Source: Planctomycetota bacterium (GTDB taxonomy: Bacteria; Planctomycetota; UBA1135; UBA2386). From it: a DNA stretch of 64,000 nt. The translations under genes and the position numbers were made by a program. The notes under the pieces were generated by a model. That model was given only the letters and a program-made list of their open reading frames with translations. It ran no database searches and had not been told where the DNA came from. Location: positions 416,001 to 480,000 of the forward strand of contig OZ245006.1 in NCBI GenBank assembly GCA_965223545.1, in the 5' to 3' direction. Positions 44,301 to 53,084 of the stretch are shown one piece after another. The stretch's first letter is position 1. Every line of letters starts with the position of its first letter.

Positions 44301-45140
44301 GTAGCAGGCGATCGGGTCGGGCCGCAGCACGCCGAGCGCGGGGCGGCCGCTGCCGCCCACCAGCTCGTCGAGAGCCTCCTCGGCGTCGCCGAAGCGCCGG
44401 TGCGGCTGTCGCGCCAACAGCCGCGGCAACCATCGATCGAACGGCGCTGGCAAAGCGTTGCGGTCACGCCCGACCGCGGCGAGCAGCGGCCGCCGCGGGA
44501 AGTGACGGCGCCACGCCGCGAGCTCCGGCGCCGACGGCATGCCGCCCAGCAGCACGGCGATGGTCGCACCCAATGAGTAGAGGTCGCTGCGCGGCGTCGG
44601 CGCCAACCCCAGCCACCGCTCGGGCGCGGCGAAGAACGGCGTGCCGCCCCCGGCGCCATCGCCGGGCCGGGCCGCGGTGCCGAAGTCGAGCAACGCGTAG
44701 CGCGGCGCGTCGGCCGGCGGCGAACGCAGCACGTTCGCCGGCTTGACGTCCAAGTGGAGGACTCCACGCCAATGCACGAACGCCAGCACGGACAACAGCT
44801 GCACGGCAAGCTCGCGGACGGCGTCGGCAGGCATCGGCGCGTCCTGCTCCACGATGTCGCCAGCGAGGTAGTCGCGCACCAAGTAGGCGCGGCCGTCGGC
44901 GGTATGGCCGACCTCGTGCACCGCCGGAATCGACGGGTGCCGCAGCGACGCCAACACCGACGCCTCGCGCGGCGGCACCGCATCGGCCAGCACCTTCAGC
45001 AGCTGCAGGGATTCGCCGCTGGCGCCGACCGGCCGGACCGCCGCCGACCACCCCTCGCCACCGTGGTGCCGGCGGACCACCGTGAAGCGTCGCGCCAACG
45101 CCGGATCCAGGGCGGCGAGCTCGTGCGTTCGATCACGCAT
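41337..45140 (-). CDS. Ser/Thr kinase - TPR - GAF - sigma54 AAA+ - Fis HTH fusion regulator
   Basis: HLDVKPANV, DFG, APE, SDLYSLG; TPR-like NLG repeats; GETGTGKE, ESELFGH, GAFTGA, FLDEVG, WPGNVREL, AAKLLGISR. Confidence 0.9.
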   Translation of the reverse strand: MRDRTHELAALDPALARRFTVVRRHHGGEGWSAAVRPVGASGESLQLLKVLADAVPPREASVLASLRHPSIPAVHEVGHTADGRAYLVRDYLAGDIVEQDAPMPADAVRELAVQLLSVLAFVHWRGVLHLDVKPANVLRSPPADAPRYALLDFGTAARPGDGAGGGTPFFAAPERWLGLAPTPRSDLYSLGATIAVLLGGMPSAPELAAWRRHFPRRPLLAAVGRDRNALPAPFDRWLPRLLARQPHRRFGDAEEALDELVGGSGRPALGVLRPDPIACYAPALDAVLARAGARRDVVVRGGDADDRRAVAVHTATVLTGARAVVHRDATSVVRRGGEAAVELELGQIDAGAVAAHLRASVGLQPAEPAAQALWSVGARTPAALGAALSRLVEAGSIAPDGARWSWPAAAAGRVDLAAPPILAGTPAALRRAAQQGQVEAAFAAYRRELPGLDAPGERRLRAALAEGLTRGGEPARALPLVHDLPLLEARARLDLGQVRAADAILAVHPPREGGSAARRLLAASAAELRGDWQRALDLLDGVRTRRVEAAVLRGLVLTRAGDAARAVGVLQAALARIDERRPFLRAAALTNLAEAERDGGDGAAAQRHHAAALAELRRLGHVRGCAVAHSNLGVLAKDRGELDEARGHLRRALALYRHVGDVAGVARADANLGIVSLAAGRPEVGVRRMRRAARRLQSVGCDGPLPLVYAHLAAAHAALGEVSRARRWLARLGGDADGRVRRLAAEVEQRLARMGTDEGRERERGSEMTVPATVFQTFTAINRRLAAAGDPRAALEFLLDAAVTLLGGRLAHLLLAEDGGLRVVLSRGTGSGGADAFSRTLANRAMQSQRALSGDDLVGDASLSEMTSVRNLEQRSALCVPFTTAGGGGALYVEHPTRGKAFAAVHKEWLEVLADQASIAVAAGVVSPERGATRGAARREEAVPPPAPEPGGRGATPRDPVAEMLGDSPPMRALRRQIAVLADADLPILVLGETGTGKELAARALHEQGERRRGPFLSENCSAIPTELMESELFGHRKGAFTGADRDRAGLLELAAGGTLFLDEVGDMPLTLQAKLLRVLQENVARRVGDHAPIALDFRLVAATHRDLPAMIAAGEFREDLYFRLAAAELRVPALRQRGDDVLLLADAFLDRLNRQQDRAVVLADTARAQLIEHGWPGNVRELAHVIERAFLFATGDRIEAVELQTIAVPDGAGRSWPVMPLAEAEARTIDAVLRHTDGDKTKAAKLLGISRTALYQKLKRRARAAE

Positions 45141-45272
45141 GCGTCGCATCCGTCCGCGCCGCCGGGCGCACCGCCTCGCCTTCGTGCACAATACGCACAG
45201 TGCGCGTTCGCGATGCGCACGTCCAGACCCTGCTCACGCCCGGTATCCACACGCCCCGGTGGCACCGGTGGC

Positions 45273-45288
45273 GGGCACGGCGCTTGTA
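45273..45288 (+). promoter_or_regulatory. Putative sigma54 -24/-12 promoter
   Basis: GGGCACGGCGCTTGTA versus consensus TGGCACG-N4-TTGCW (GT instead of GC at -12), 34 nt before ATG 45323. Confidence 0.45.
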
Positions 45289-45322
45289 GCGCAGCAGCCC
45301 GGAGATTCCCCCGCCGTTTACC

Positions 45323-46978
45323 ATGGCACCCTTGATGAGACCCCTCTGGCTCCTGCTTCTGATCCTCCTGCCGGCCGCGGCGGGTCGATCCCAGCCTTCG
45401 CACCTCACGTGGCTCGAAGGAACGCCCGGCAACACCGCCGTCTTCACCGTCGACGAAGCGCGGCCGGGGACCCCGGCAGCTGCATGGCTGGCTGGCGTCG
45501 CGGTGCTCGACATCGAGCTCAGCAACCGCACAACGCAGGCCAGCCTGCGGCGCGATCGCGCGCGCCGCGCCGTCGAGCTCGGCGTGCCGCGCCTGGAGTT
45601 GCCCGACAACGGCCGCGTGCTGCGCTACGCGCGCGCCGCCACCGGCGAGCACGGCTTCGTGTGGATCGGCGCCGACGGCCGCCCGCACTTGTTGTTGGCG
45701 CTGACGGCGGGCGACACCGGCGGCGACCCGTTTGCCGACCGCTGCGCCGTGAGCGCCGACGGCCGCCACCTGGTGATCACCGACGCCGCGGGCCGGGCGT
45801 TCGCCGCCGATCTACGCGGTGCGGACCCGGCGGTCTGGCGGCTGGGCTTGCCCGCGCCGGTCGAACCGCGCAGCGTCTGCGTCGGCGGCGACCGCGCCCT
45901 GCTGCAGACCACCGACCAGCGGCTGTGGCACATCCCCCTGATCGGCGACCGCGCGGCGATCGACATCACCCCGCAGCCGGGACCCGGCGCGCAGCTGGTC
46001 GCCGAGATGGCACCGGCGGCGAGCGGCCACGCCGTCGTCCTGCTGCAGGACACGGCCAGTACCGCGCTCTACCTGGCCGCGCCGGACGGCACCGTGCGCG
46101 CCCTGCCGGTGCCGGTCGCGCGCTACACCGCGCCGGGCTACCTGCCGGAGGTGACCGACGGACCGCGCATGCTGCTGAGCGACGACGGCAGCCGTCTGTT
46201 CTTCACGCAGGAGACCATGAGCGGTGAGCTGTTCCTGCTCGACACCACCGGCGCCACCGGCCTCGTGCACTTGACCGACGACTCCGTCTTCGAGCCCTAC
46301 ATCGGCACCGGCATCCACCCGTCGTTCGTCGGTGACCGGCTCGTCGCCGCCGTCGGCGATCCGGCGTTCGGCTTCGACTGGATGACCGCGCGCACCACCG
46401 CGCCGGTGCAGAACCTCACGCTGAGCGGGCTGCCGGGGACTCCCTGGTGGCCGGGCACCCTGCGGCCGACCGCGGGCTACTCCACCACTGCGGGCGGCGT
46501 ACTCGCCGCCGAGCCCGACCCCAATGGCGGCACCCTCCTGCGCGCGATCGACGCCACTGCCGGTACCCACGTCGTGGTGGCCCGCGATCTGCGCGGCGCG
46601 CCGGGCGCCGGGCGCGCCGCTGCCGCGCCAAACCTGATCATCCCCAGCCAGCGCGGCGACCGCTTCTTGAACGCCGCGCTGCAGCCGCTGCTGCAGAGCC
46701 CCGCCGGCATGCAGCTGTCCGCCGACGCGCAGCTCCCCGGCACGGTGGCGACCCTGTTCACCCTGCACTACGCCAGCGGCGGCGGCAACGTCATGCTGCG
46801 CTTGCCCAACGGAGCCATCGTGACCTTGCCGTTCGACCCCGCGTTGCGCGGTTTGGCGGTGACCCCGGCCGGCGGGGTGATCATCGACGGCAGCGAGCTG
46901 CGCTACATCAAGAACGGCGTGCAGTACCGGCTGGCGAGCGGCTCCGCGCCGCGGACTCCACTCTCACACCTGCACTGA
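45323..46978 (+). CDS. Secreted hypothetical protein, possibly beta-propeller
   Basis: Signal peptide; VSADGRHLV and LSDDGSRLFF motifs. Confidence 0.65.
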   Translation: MAPLMRPLWLLLLILLPAAAGRSQPSHLTWLEGTPGNTAVFTVDEARPGTPAAAWLAGVAVLDIELSNRTTQASLRRDRARRAVELGVPRLELPDNGRVLRYARAATGEHGFVWIGADGRPHLLLALTAGDTGGDPFADRCAVSADGRHLVITDAAGRAFAADLRGADPAVWRLGLPAPVEPRSVCVGGDRALLQTTDQRLWHIPLIGDRAAIDITPQPGPGAQLVAEMAPAASGHAVVLLQDTASTALYLAAPDGTVRALPVPVARYTAPGYLPEVTDGPRMLLSDDGSRLFFTQETMSGELFLLDTTGATGLVHLTDDSVFEPYIGTGIHPSFVGDRLVAAVGDPAFGFDWMTARTTAPVQNLTLSGLPGTPWWPGTLRPTAGYSTTAGGVLAAEPDPNGGTLLRAIDATAGTHVVVARDLRGAPGAGRAAAAPNLIIPSQRGDRFLNAALQPLLQSPAGMQLSADAQLPGTVATLFTLHYASGGGNVMLRLPNGAIVTLPFDPALRGLAVTPAGGVIIDGSELRYIKNGVQYRLASGSAPRTPLSHLH

Positions 46979-46986
46979 TCGGCAGA

Positions 46987-47586
46987 ATGGTCAGGGACAC
47001 CACCGTGGCCGACAAGGCGGCCCTGCGGCGGGACGCGCGCGCGGCGCTCGAGCGGCTCACCGCCGAACAACGAGCGCTCGCATCCACGCACGCCTGCGCG
47101 ATGCTGGCATCGACGGGTGAGTTCGCCGCCGCCACCCGGCTGATGCTGTTTCTGTCGATGCCGCACGAGGTCGACACCGCCGCGCTGCTGCGCGTCGCTT
47201 GGGCCGCGGGCAAGGCGGTCGCCGTGCCCCGCATCACCGCCGACGGCCAGCTCGAGGCGCTGCCACTCACCGAGCAGACACGGCTGCGCGCGGGCCCGCT
47301 CGACATCCGCGAGCCGGTGTCGGGCGACGACCCGATCGACCCGGCCTCGATCGAGATGATCGTCGCACCGGGCCTCGCGTTCGACCGCGGCGGCGGCCGG
47401 CTCGGACACGGTGGCGGCTACTACGACCGCTTCTTGCCGCGCGCACCCGGGGCGTGGGTGTGCGGGCTCGGCTTCGACTGTCAGCTGTGGACGGTGGTGC
47501 CCATGGCCGCCCACGACCGGCGCATTCACGCGGTCGCCACGCCGTCCGGCCTGTACCGCGCCGCCCACGATCCAAGGCCGCGCTGA
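46987..47586 (+). CDS. 5-formyltetrahydrofolate cyclo-ligase
   Basis: KAALR, IREP, PGLAFD, RLGHGGGYYDRFL, HD. Confidence 0.92.
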   Translation: MVRDTTVADKAALRRDARAALERLTAEQRALASTHACAMLASTGEFAAATRLMLFLSMPHEVDTAALLRVAWAAGKAVAVPRITADGQLEALPLTEQTRLRAGPLDIREPVSGDDPIDPASIEMIVAPGLAFDRGGGRLGHGGGYYDRFLPRAPGAWVCGLGFDCQLWTVVPMAAHDRRIHAVATPSGLYRAAHDPRPR

Positions 47587-47650
47587 TCGCGCGCCGCGGC
47601 CGCGCCCCCAGGCTCAAGCAGAGGCCGGGCGGACGCCGATCAGCAATGCC

Positions 47651-48082
47651 ATGGGACGAAACCGGCGCGTGGTTCCGCTGTGGTGCACAGCAACGCTGAT
47701 GGCCTTGGCGGCGTGCTCCGCCGAACCCGCGCGCAAGCCCACCCCCGATCTGCGGCCGCACGCCGCTCAGGTGGAGTTGGCACCGGGCAGCGCGCCGGCG
47801 GCCCCGGCCATGTTCTCGCGGCTGGAGATCGAGCGCACCACCGAGGAGCTGCGCGACCTGATCCGCGCCGGTGAGCTGGACCGCGCCCTGCAGCACTACC
47901 ACGCGGTCGAGCCGTGCACGCGCGTCGCGCGCGACAGCGACGCCTACCCCGCCCGCCTCGAGCTCGAGAACCTGTTCGTCCGCTGCGTGATGGCGCGCGA
48001 GTTTCTCGCGCTCAAGGTCGAGTACCCGGGCCAGCCGGGCACGCCGCCGCTGCCGCCGCAGTGGCCGGTGGCGCCCTGGTAG
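47651..48082 (+). CDS. Hypothetical lipoprotein
   Basis: Basic N-terminus, hydrophobic stretch, lipobox LAA-C. Confidence 0.55.
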   Translation: MGRNRRVVPLWCTATLMALAACSAEPARKPTPDLRPHAAQVELAPGSAPAAPAMFSRLEIERTTEELRDLIRAGELDRALQHYHAVEPCTRVARDSDAYPARLELENLFVRCVMAREFLALKVEYPGQPGTPPLPPQWPVAPW

Positions 48083-48192
48083 GAGACACGGCACGGCGCG
48101 TCGGTCGGGAAAACAGCCAACGGCAGCGCAAGAACGACACCTCCACCAGCGTCCCAGCACCAAATCGTGTGGTACGTCCCTAGGAGGGCAAC

Positions 48193-48945
48193 ATGAACTC
48201 ACGCTCCATCTTCTTCGTCGCTCTCAGCGGCGCGCTCGTGTCGTTGTCTCCAGCGACCGCTCAGGACGCTGCGGCGGAATCCGCGGCGCCACTCTTCGAG
48301 ATCGCCGCCGGCGAACACGAGATCGCGGACCTGATCCGGCGCTCGGGCGAGTTTCTCGGCCGGCACTACGTTCTGCACGAGCAGGACATGAGCAACTCAC
48401 ACCAGACCACCGTGCGGATCGACCGGCCGATGCACCTCGACCCGGCGGGCTGCGAGCGCGTCGTCGGTTTGCTGGCCTACTCGATCGGCTTCGCCATGAT
48501 GCCGCTCGACCCGACGCACGACCTGTGGGAATGGGCCTCGATGAGCGGCCCCCGGCGCAGCGAGCTGACGCAGCGCGCGCTGCCGATGACGGTCGAGGAG
48601 GTCCGACACAGCAACAACCGCACCTTGGTCGTGCAGACCACGGTGACGCTGAAACACCTCGATGCCAACGCGGCCAGCAACACCTTGCGCCCGTTCTTCA
48701 TGACGCGTGGCGGGAGTGCCGCGCTCACGATCGGCGCCGCTGGCGGCAGTCTGTTGTTGTCCGGCTTCGTGCACCAGGTCGACCGCGCCTTGCAGGTGCT
48801 CGACGCCGCTGACGTACCCCGCAAGGCCCCGGTGGTCGCGGCGGAGGAGAACGAAGATTGCGCGACCCGACTGAAGCGCCTCGAGCAGCGGATCGCGAAG
48901 CTCGAGGCTGCTGCGAGCAAGGGGACGGCGACCGCCGCGCGCTGA
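48193..48945 (+). CDS. Secreted protein with secretin N-domain-like region and C-terminal coiled coil
   Basis: AGGAGG RBS, signal peptide, VTLKHLDANAASNTLRPF...SLLLSG...LQVLD. Confidence 0.55.
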   Translation: MNSRSIFFVALSGALVSLSPATAQDAAAESAAPLFEIAAGEHEIADLIRRSGEFLGRHYVLHEQDMSNSHQTTVRIDRPMHLDPAGCERVVGLLAYSIGFAMMPLDPTHDLWEWASMSGPRRSELTQRALPMTVEEVRHSNNRTLVVQTTVTLKHLDANAASNTLRPFFMTRGGSAALTIGAAGGSLLLSGFVHQVDRALQVLDAADVPRKAPVVAAEENEDCATRLKRLEQRIAKLEAAASKGTATAAR

Positions 48946-48977
48946 AAGAGCGGGGCGAGCTCGGCGGGCGAGAGCCG

Positions 48978-50441
48978 TCAGCGACTGCCCAGCATGCGGC
49001 AGTAGAGCGCCTCGTACTCGAGAACCTGCCGCTGCCACGACCAATCGACGGCCATCGCGCGCTGCACCAGCGCAGCCCATGCCGCCCGGTCGTGGTACAG
49101 CTCGAGCGCGCGCACGAGCACATCGAACAGCGCCTGGGCGCGGAACTCGTCGAACAGAAACCCGGTGCCGGTGCCGGCGCGCGGATCGCAATCCTCGACC
49201 GTGTCCGCCAGACCGCCGGTGCGGCGCACCACCGGGATGGTGCCGTACTTCAAGCTGTACATCTGGTTGAGCCCGCACGGTTCGTAGCGCGAGGGCATCA
49301 GGAAGAGATCCGCCGCCGCTTCGATGCGGTGCGCCAGCTCGTTGCTGTAGCCACGGTAGTAGCCGACGGCATCCGGATAGAGGTCGCGCAGGTCCTGGAA
49401 CAGCTGCTCGTACTTGGGCTCGCCCGTGCCCAACGCCAGCAGCCGGCAGGCACCGCGCTGGAGCACCACCGGCAACACCTCGGCGGCCAGCTCGAACCCC
49501 TTCTGGTAGGTCAGCCGGGACACCACGCCCACCAGCGGCCGATCGTCGTCGTGCGGCAGGGAGAACTCGGCCAGCAGGGCCGCCTTGTTGGCGGCCTTGC
49601 CGCTGAGATCGCCGGCGGAGTAGCGGTGCGGTAGAAGGCGGTCGGTGGCCGGATCCCAGTCCTCGTAGTCGCAGCCGTTGACGATGCCGGTCAGCACCTC
49701 GCGGCGCGCGCGCAGCGACGCCTCGAGTCCCATGCCGAACTCGGCCGTCAGCAGCTCGCTGGCGTAGGTCCGGCTGACGGTCGACACCGCGTCGGCGTAA
49801 CGGATGCCGTTGCGCAGCGGGTTGAGCACGCCCGCTTCGAGGTCGTCCGCATCGAGCAGGTGCCGCTCCCCGTCGAGTCCCAACGCGGGGAGAGCATCGA
49901 CGCCGACGGTGCCCTGGTAGCCGATGTTGTGGATGGTGAGCAGGGTGCGGCTGGTGTCGAACAGGCGATCCCAGGCGTAGCGCGTCCGCAGGTAGAAGGG
50001 CAGCAGCGCCGTGTGCCAGTCGTTGCAGTGGAACACGTCCGCGGCAAAGCCCAGCCGCTGGCACAACTCGATCGCGGCACAGGAGAGGGCCGCGAAGCGC
50101 AGCGTCTCTTCGCCGCCGGCGGTGTAGATCTCGTCTCCGCCGAACAGCTCGGGAAGGTGCACGAACACCACCCGCACCGCGCTGCCCGGCAAGTCGGTGG
50201 CAAAGGCGGAGAACTCCCAAGTCCGTTCCCCCAGCGAGAACGACACTGCCTGGGCCTCGGCCACGGGGTCGAACCGATAGCCGCCGTCGCGCACCCGGCC
50301 GTACATCGGCATCACCACCAGCACGTCGTGCCCGCGCGCATGCAGAGCCGCCGACAGGCCCTTGCCGACGTCGGCCAGCCCCCCGGTCTTGGCGAACGGC
50401 GCCACCTCGCTCGCCACCAGACAGATGCGCAGCTTGGTCAT
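48978..50441 (-). CDS. glgA: Glycogen synthase (GT5)
   Basis: SEVAPFAKTGGLADV, HCNDWHT, TIHNIGYQG, SRLTYQKG, MPSRYEPCGLNQMY, TGGLADTV. Confidence 0.97.
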   Translation of the reverse strand: MTKLRICLVASEVAPFAKTGGLADVGKGLSAALHARGHDVLVVMPMYGRVRDGGYRFDPVAEAQAVSFSLGERTWEFSAFATDLPGSAVRVVFVHLPELFGGDEIYTAGGEETLRFAALSCAAIELCQRLGFAADVFHCNDWHTALLPFYLRTRYAWDRLFDTSRTLLTIHNIGYQGTVGVDALPALGLDGERHLLDADDLEAGVLNPLRNGIRYADAVSTVSRTYASELLTAEFGMGLEASLRARREVLTGIVNGCDYEDWDPATDRLLPHRYSAGDLSGKAANKAALLAEFSLPHDDDRPLVGVVSRLTYQKGFELAAEVLPVVLQRGACRLLALGTGEPKYEQLFQDLRDLYPDAVGYYRGYSNELAHRIEAAADLFLMPSRYEPCGLNQMYSLKYGTIPVVRRTGGLADTVEDCDPRAGTGTGFLFDEFRAQALFDVLVRALELYHDRAAWAALVQRAMAVDWSWQRQVLEYEALYCRMLGSR

Positions 50442-50599
50442 TGGGCCTAGAAGCTACCGCGACCCGCGGCGAAAGCCCGGCAAACCCCCGCCCCGCGGTG
50501 TTGCCGCGCGCCCCTTCGCGCCGGCTACGTCTTGCCAACCCTCGCACCCGGGGTACGGTGGCGCTCAGCCCCTCGTCCGCTCGCCGCCCTCGACCCCAC

Positions 50600-51829
50600 A
50601 TGCGACACGCCGTCTTCGTGGTCCCGTTCGCCCTGGACGCCACCCTGCGCTTCGTGCGCGCCGCGGCGACCCTGGACGGCGTCCGCGTCGGACTCGTCAC
50701 CCAGCAGTCGATCGGCCAATTGCCCGAGGACGTGCTGCGCCACGTCGGCGCGGTGCACCAAGTCGGCGACGCCCTGGATGCGGATGCGCTCACCGCCGCC
50801 GTGCGCGAGCTCGCGCCGCGGCTCGAACACCGCGTCGACGCTCTGATCGGTATCCTCGAGCCGCTGCAGGAGTCCCTGGCGGCGGTGCGCGAGCGCCTCG
50901 GCATCCCCGGCATGGGCGTCGACGTGGCGCGCAACTTTCGCGACAAGGCGCGGATGAAGAGCGTGCTGCGCCACCACGAGCTGCCGTGCGCCCGCCACCA
51001 CCTGGCGACCAGCGCCCGCGACGCCCTCGACTTCGCCAAGGGCTGCGGCTACCCGCTGGTGTGCAAGCCGCCGGCCGGTGCCGGCGCCAAGAACACGTTC
51101 CGCGTCGAATCAGACGAGCAGCTCGACGCCGCGCTGCGGGGCATGCCGCCGACCGCGGCCAAGCCAATGCTGCTCGAAGAGTTCATCCGCGGCCGCGAGT
51201 TCTCCTTCGACAGCATCACCATCGACGGCCGCCACTGCTTCCACTCGATCTCCACCTACCACCCGACACCGCTCGAGGTGATGGAGAATCCGTGGATCCA
51301 GTGGTGCGTGCTGCTGCCGCGGCACATCGACGGCGACGAGTTCGCGCCGATCCGCGCCGCCGGCCCGAAGGCGCTCGACGCGCTCGGGCTGCACACCGGC
51401 ATGACCCACATGGAGTGGTTCGAGCGCCCCGACGGCAGCATCGCCATCTCCGAGGTCGCCGCCCGCCCACCGGGCGCGCAGTTCACCAGCCTGATCAGCC
51501 ACGCGCACGGGCACGACTTCTACCGCGCCTGGGCCGAGCTGATGTGCACCGGACACTTCACGCCGCCGGAGCGGCGCTTCGCCGTCGGCGCCGCGTTCCT
51601 GCGCGGGCAGGGCAACGGCCGGGTGATCGACGTGCACGGCCTCGAGGAAGCCAAGAAGAAGCTCGACGGACTCGTGGTCGAAGCGCGCCTGCCGCAGCGC
51701 GGGCAGGCCCGGGCCAGCAGCTACGAGGGCGAGGGCTACGTCATCCTCCGCCACCCGGAGACCGAGGTCGTCGCCGCCGGACTCGACACGGTCGTCAACA
51801 CCTTGCGCGTCGAGCTCGGTCAGCTGTGA
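50600..51829 (+). CDS. ATP-grasp domain protein
   Basis: FRDKARMK, GYPLVCKP, EEFIRGREFS, THMEWF, EVAARPPG. Confidence 0.9.
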   Translation: MRHAVFVVPFALDATLRFVRAAATLDGVRVGLVTQQSIGQLPEDVLRHVGAVHQVGDALDADALTAAVRELAPRLEHRVDALIGILEPLQESLAAVRERLGIPGMGVDVARNFRDKARMKSVLRHHELPCARHHLATSARDALDFAKGCGYPLVCKPPAGAGAKNTFRVESDEQLDAALRGMPPTAAKPMLLEEFIRGREFSFDSITIDGRHCFHSISTYHPTPLEVMENPWIQWCVLLPRHIDGDEFAPIRAAGPKALDALGLHTGMTHMEWFERPDGSIAISEVAARPPGAQFTSLISHAHGHDFYRAWAELMCTGHFTPPERRFAVGAAFLRGQGNGRVIDVHGLEEAKKKLDGLVVEARLPQRGQARASSYEGEGYVILRHPETEVVAAGLDTVVNTLRVELGQL

Positions 51830-51866
51830 GCGCCACCGAAAGTCCCGTCGCCTCCCCACCACCGCC

Positions 51867-53084
51867 ATGCACGTCGTTCTGATCTCCCCCGGGTTTCCCG
51901 CCGAGATGCCGCTGTTCACCCGCGGCCTCGCCGCCGTCGGCGCCCGCGTGTTGGGGGTCGGCGACCAACCCGCCGCGGCGCTCCCCGAGGTCGCGCGGCA
52001 CGCGCTCACCGGCTACCTCCAGGTCAAGAGCTTGTGGGAGGAGGAGGCGGCGATCGCCGAGATCCATCGCTGGCTGCGCGGCCGCGAGGTCGACCGCGTC
52101 GAGTGCCTGTGGGAGCCCGGCATGTATCTCGCAGCCCGACTGCGGGAGAGCATCGGCGTGCCCGGCATGAGCGTCGAGCAGACGGTGCCGTTCCGCGACA
52201 AGGAGGTGATGAAGCAGCGCCTCGACGCGGCCGGTGTCCGCACCCCGAAACACGCCCGCGCTGCCACCGAGGCCGAGGTGCGGGAGGCAGCCGAACGGAT
52301 CGGCTTCCCGCTCATCGTCAAGCCGATCGATGGCGCCGGTTCGAAGGACACCTACCTGCTGCACGAGGCCGCCGACATCGAGCAGGTCTTGGACTTGGTA
52401 CGGCACGTCCCCGAGGTGTCGGTCGAGGAGTACATCGACGGCGAGGAGTACACCTACGACACCGTCTGCGGCGACGGCGAGATCCTGTTCGAGAACCTGT
52501 CGTGGTACCGGCCGAAGCCGATGTTCATGGCCAAGTACGGCTGGGTCAGCCCGCAGTCGATCATCTACCGCGACCTGCAACACGAAGCCGTCGCGCCGGG
52601 CCGCGCGCTCGGCCGCGACGTGCTCCGCGCTCTCGACTTCCACAGCGGCTTCACCCATATGGAGTGGTTCAAGACGCCGGCCGGCGAGCCGGTGTTCGGC
52701 GAGATCGCCGCGCGGCCTCCGGGGGCGCGCCTGGTGCACGCGATGAACTACTCCTGCGACGTCGATCTGTTTGCCGGTTGGGCAGAGGCGGTGTGCAGCG
52801 CGCGCTTCTCGCAGAGCCGAGAGCGGCCGTACAACGCCGGCATGGTGTTCAAGCGCGCGCAGGGACAGGGTCGCATCCGCCATATCGACGGGCTGGAGCG
52901 GCTGCTGGCGCGCTTTGGCGAGCACATCTGCAACATCGATCTGCCGCGCATCGGCGCTGCGGTCGTCGACTACCGCAAGGTCGTCGTCGGCGACGGCTGG
53001 CTGGTGGCGCGACACCACGACCTCGAAAAGACCATCGAAATGGCCGACGCGATCGGCGCCGAGCTGACTCTCCATGCAGGCTGA
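51867..53084 (+). CDS. ATP-grasp domain protein
   Basis: FRDKEVMK, GFPLIVKP, EEYIDGEEY, THMEWF, EIAARPPG. Confidence 0.9.
   Translation: MHVVLISPGFPAEMPLFTRGLAAVGARVLGVGDQPAAALPEVARHALTGYLQVKSLWEEEAAIAEIHRWLRGREVDRVECLWEPGMYLAARLRESIGVPGMSVEQTVPFRDKEVMKQRLDAAGVRTPKHARAATEAEVREAAERIGFPLIVKPIDGAGSKDTYLLHEAADIEQVLDLVRHVPEVSVEEYIDGEEYTYDTVCGDGEILFENLSWYRPKPMFMAKYGWVSPQSIIYRDLQHEAVAPGRALGRDVLRALDFHSGFTHMEWFKTPAGEPVFGEIAARPPGARLVHAMNYSCDVDLFAGWAEAVCSARFSQSRERPYNAGMVFKRAQGQGRIRHIDGLERLLARFGEHICNIDLPRIGAAVVDYRKVVVGDGWLVARHHDLEKTIEMADAIGAELTLHAG

Noticed and set aside
41073..44576. 1167 aa plus-strand ORF
   Set aside because: Antisense shadow of the kinase-activator gene
46979..46986. 6S RNA often found upstream of the 5-formyl-THF cyclo-ligase gene
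   Set aside because: Only 8 bp of intergenic space
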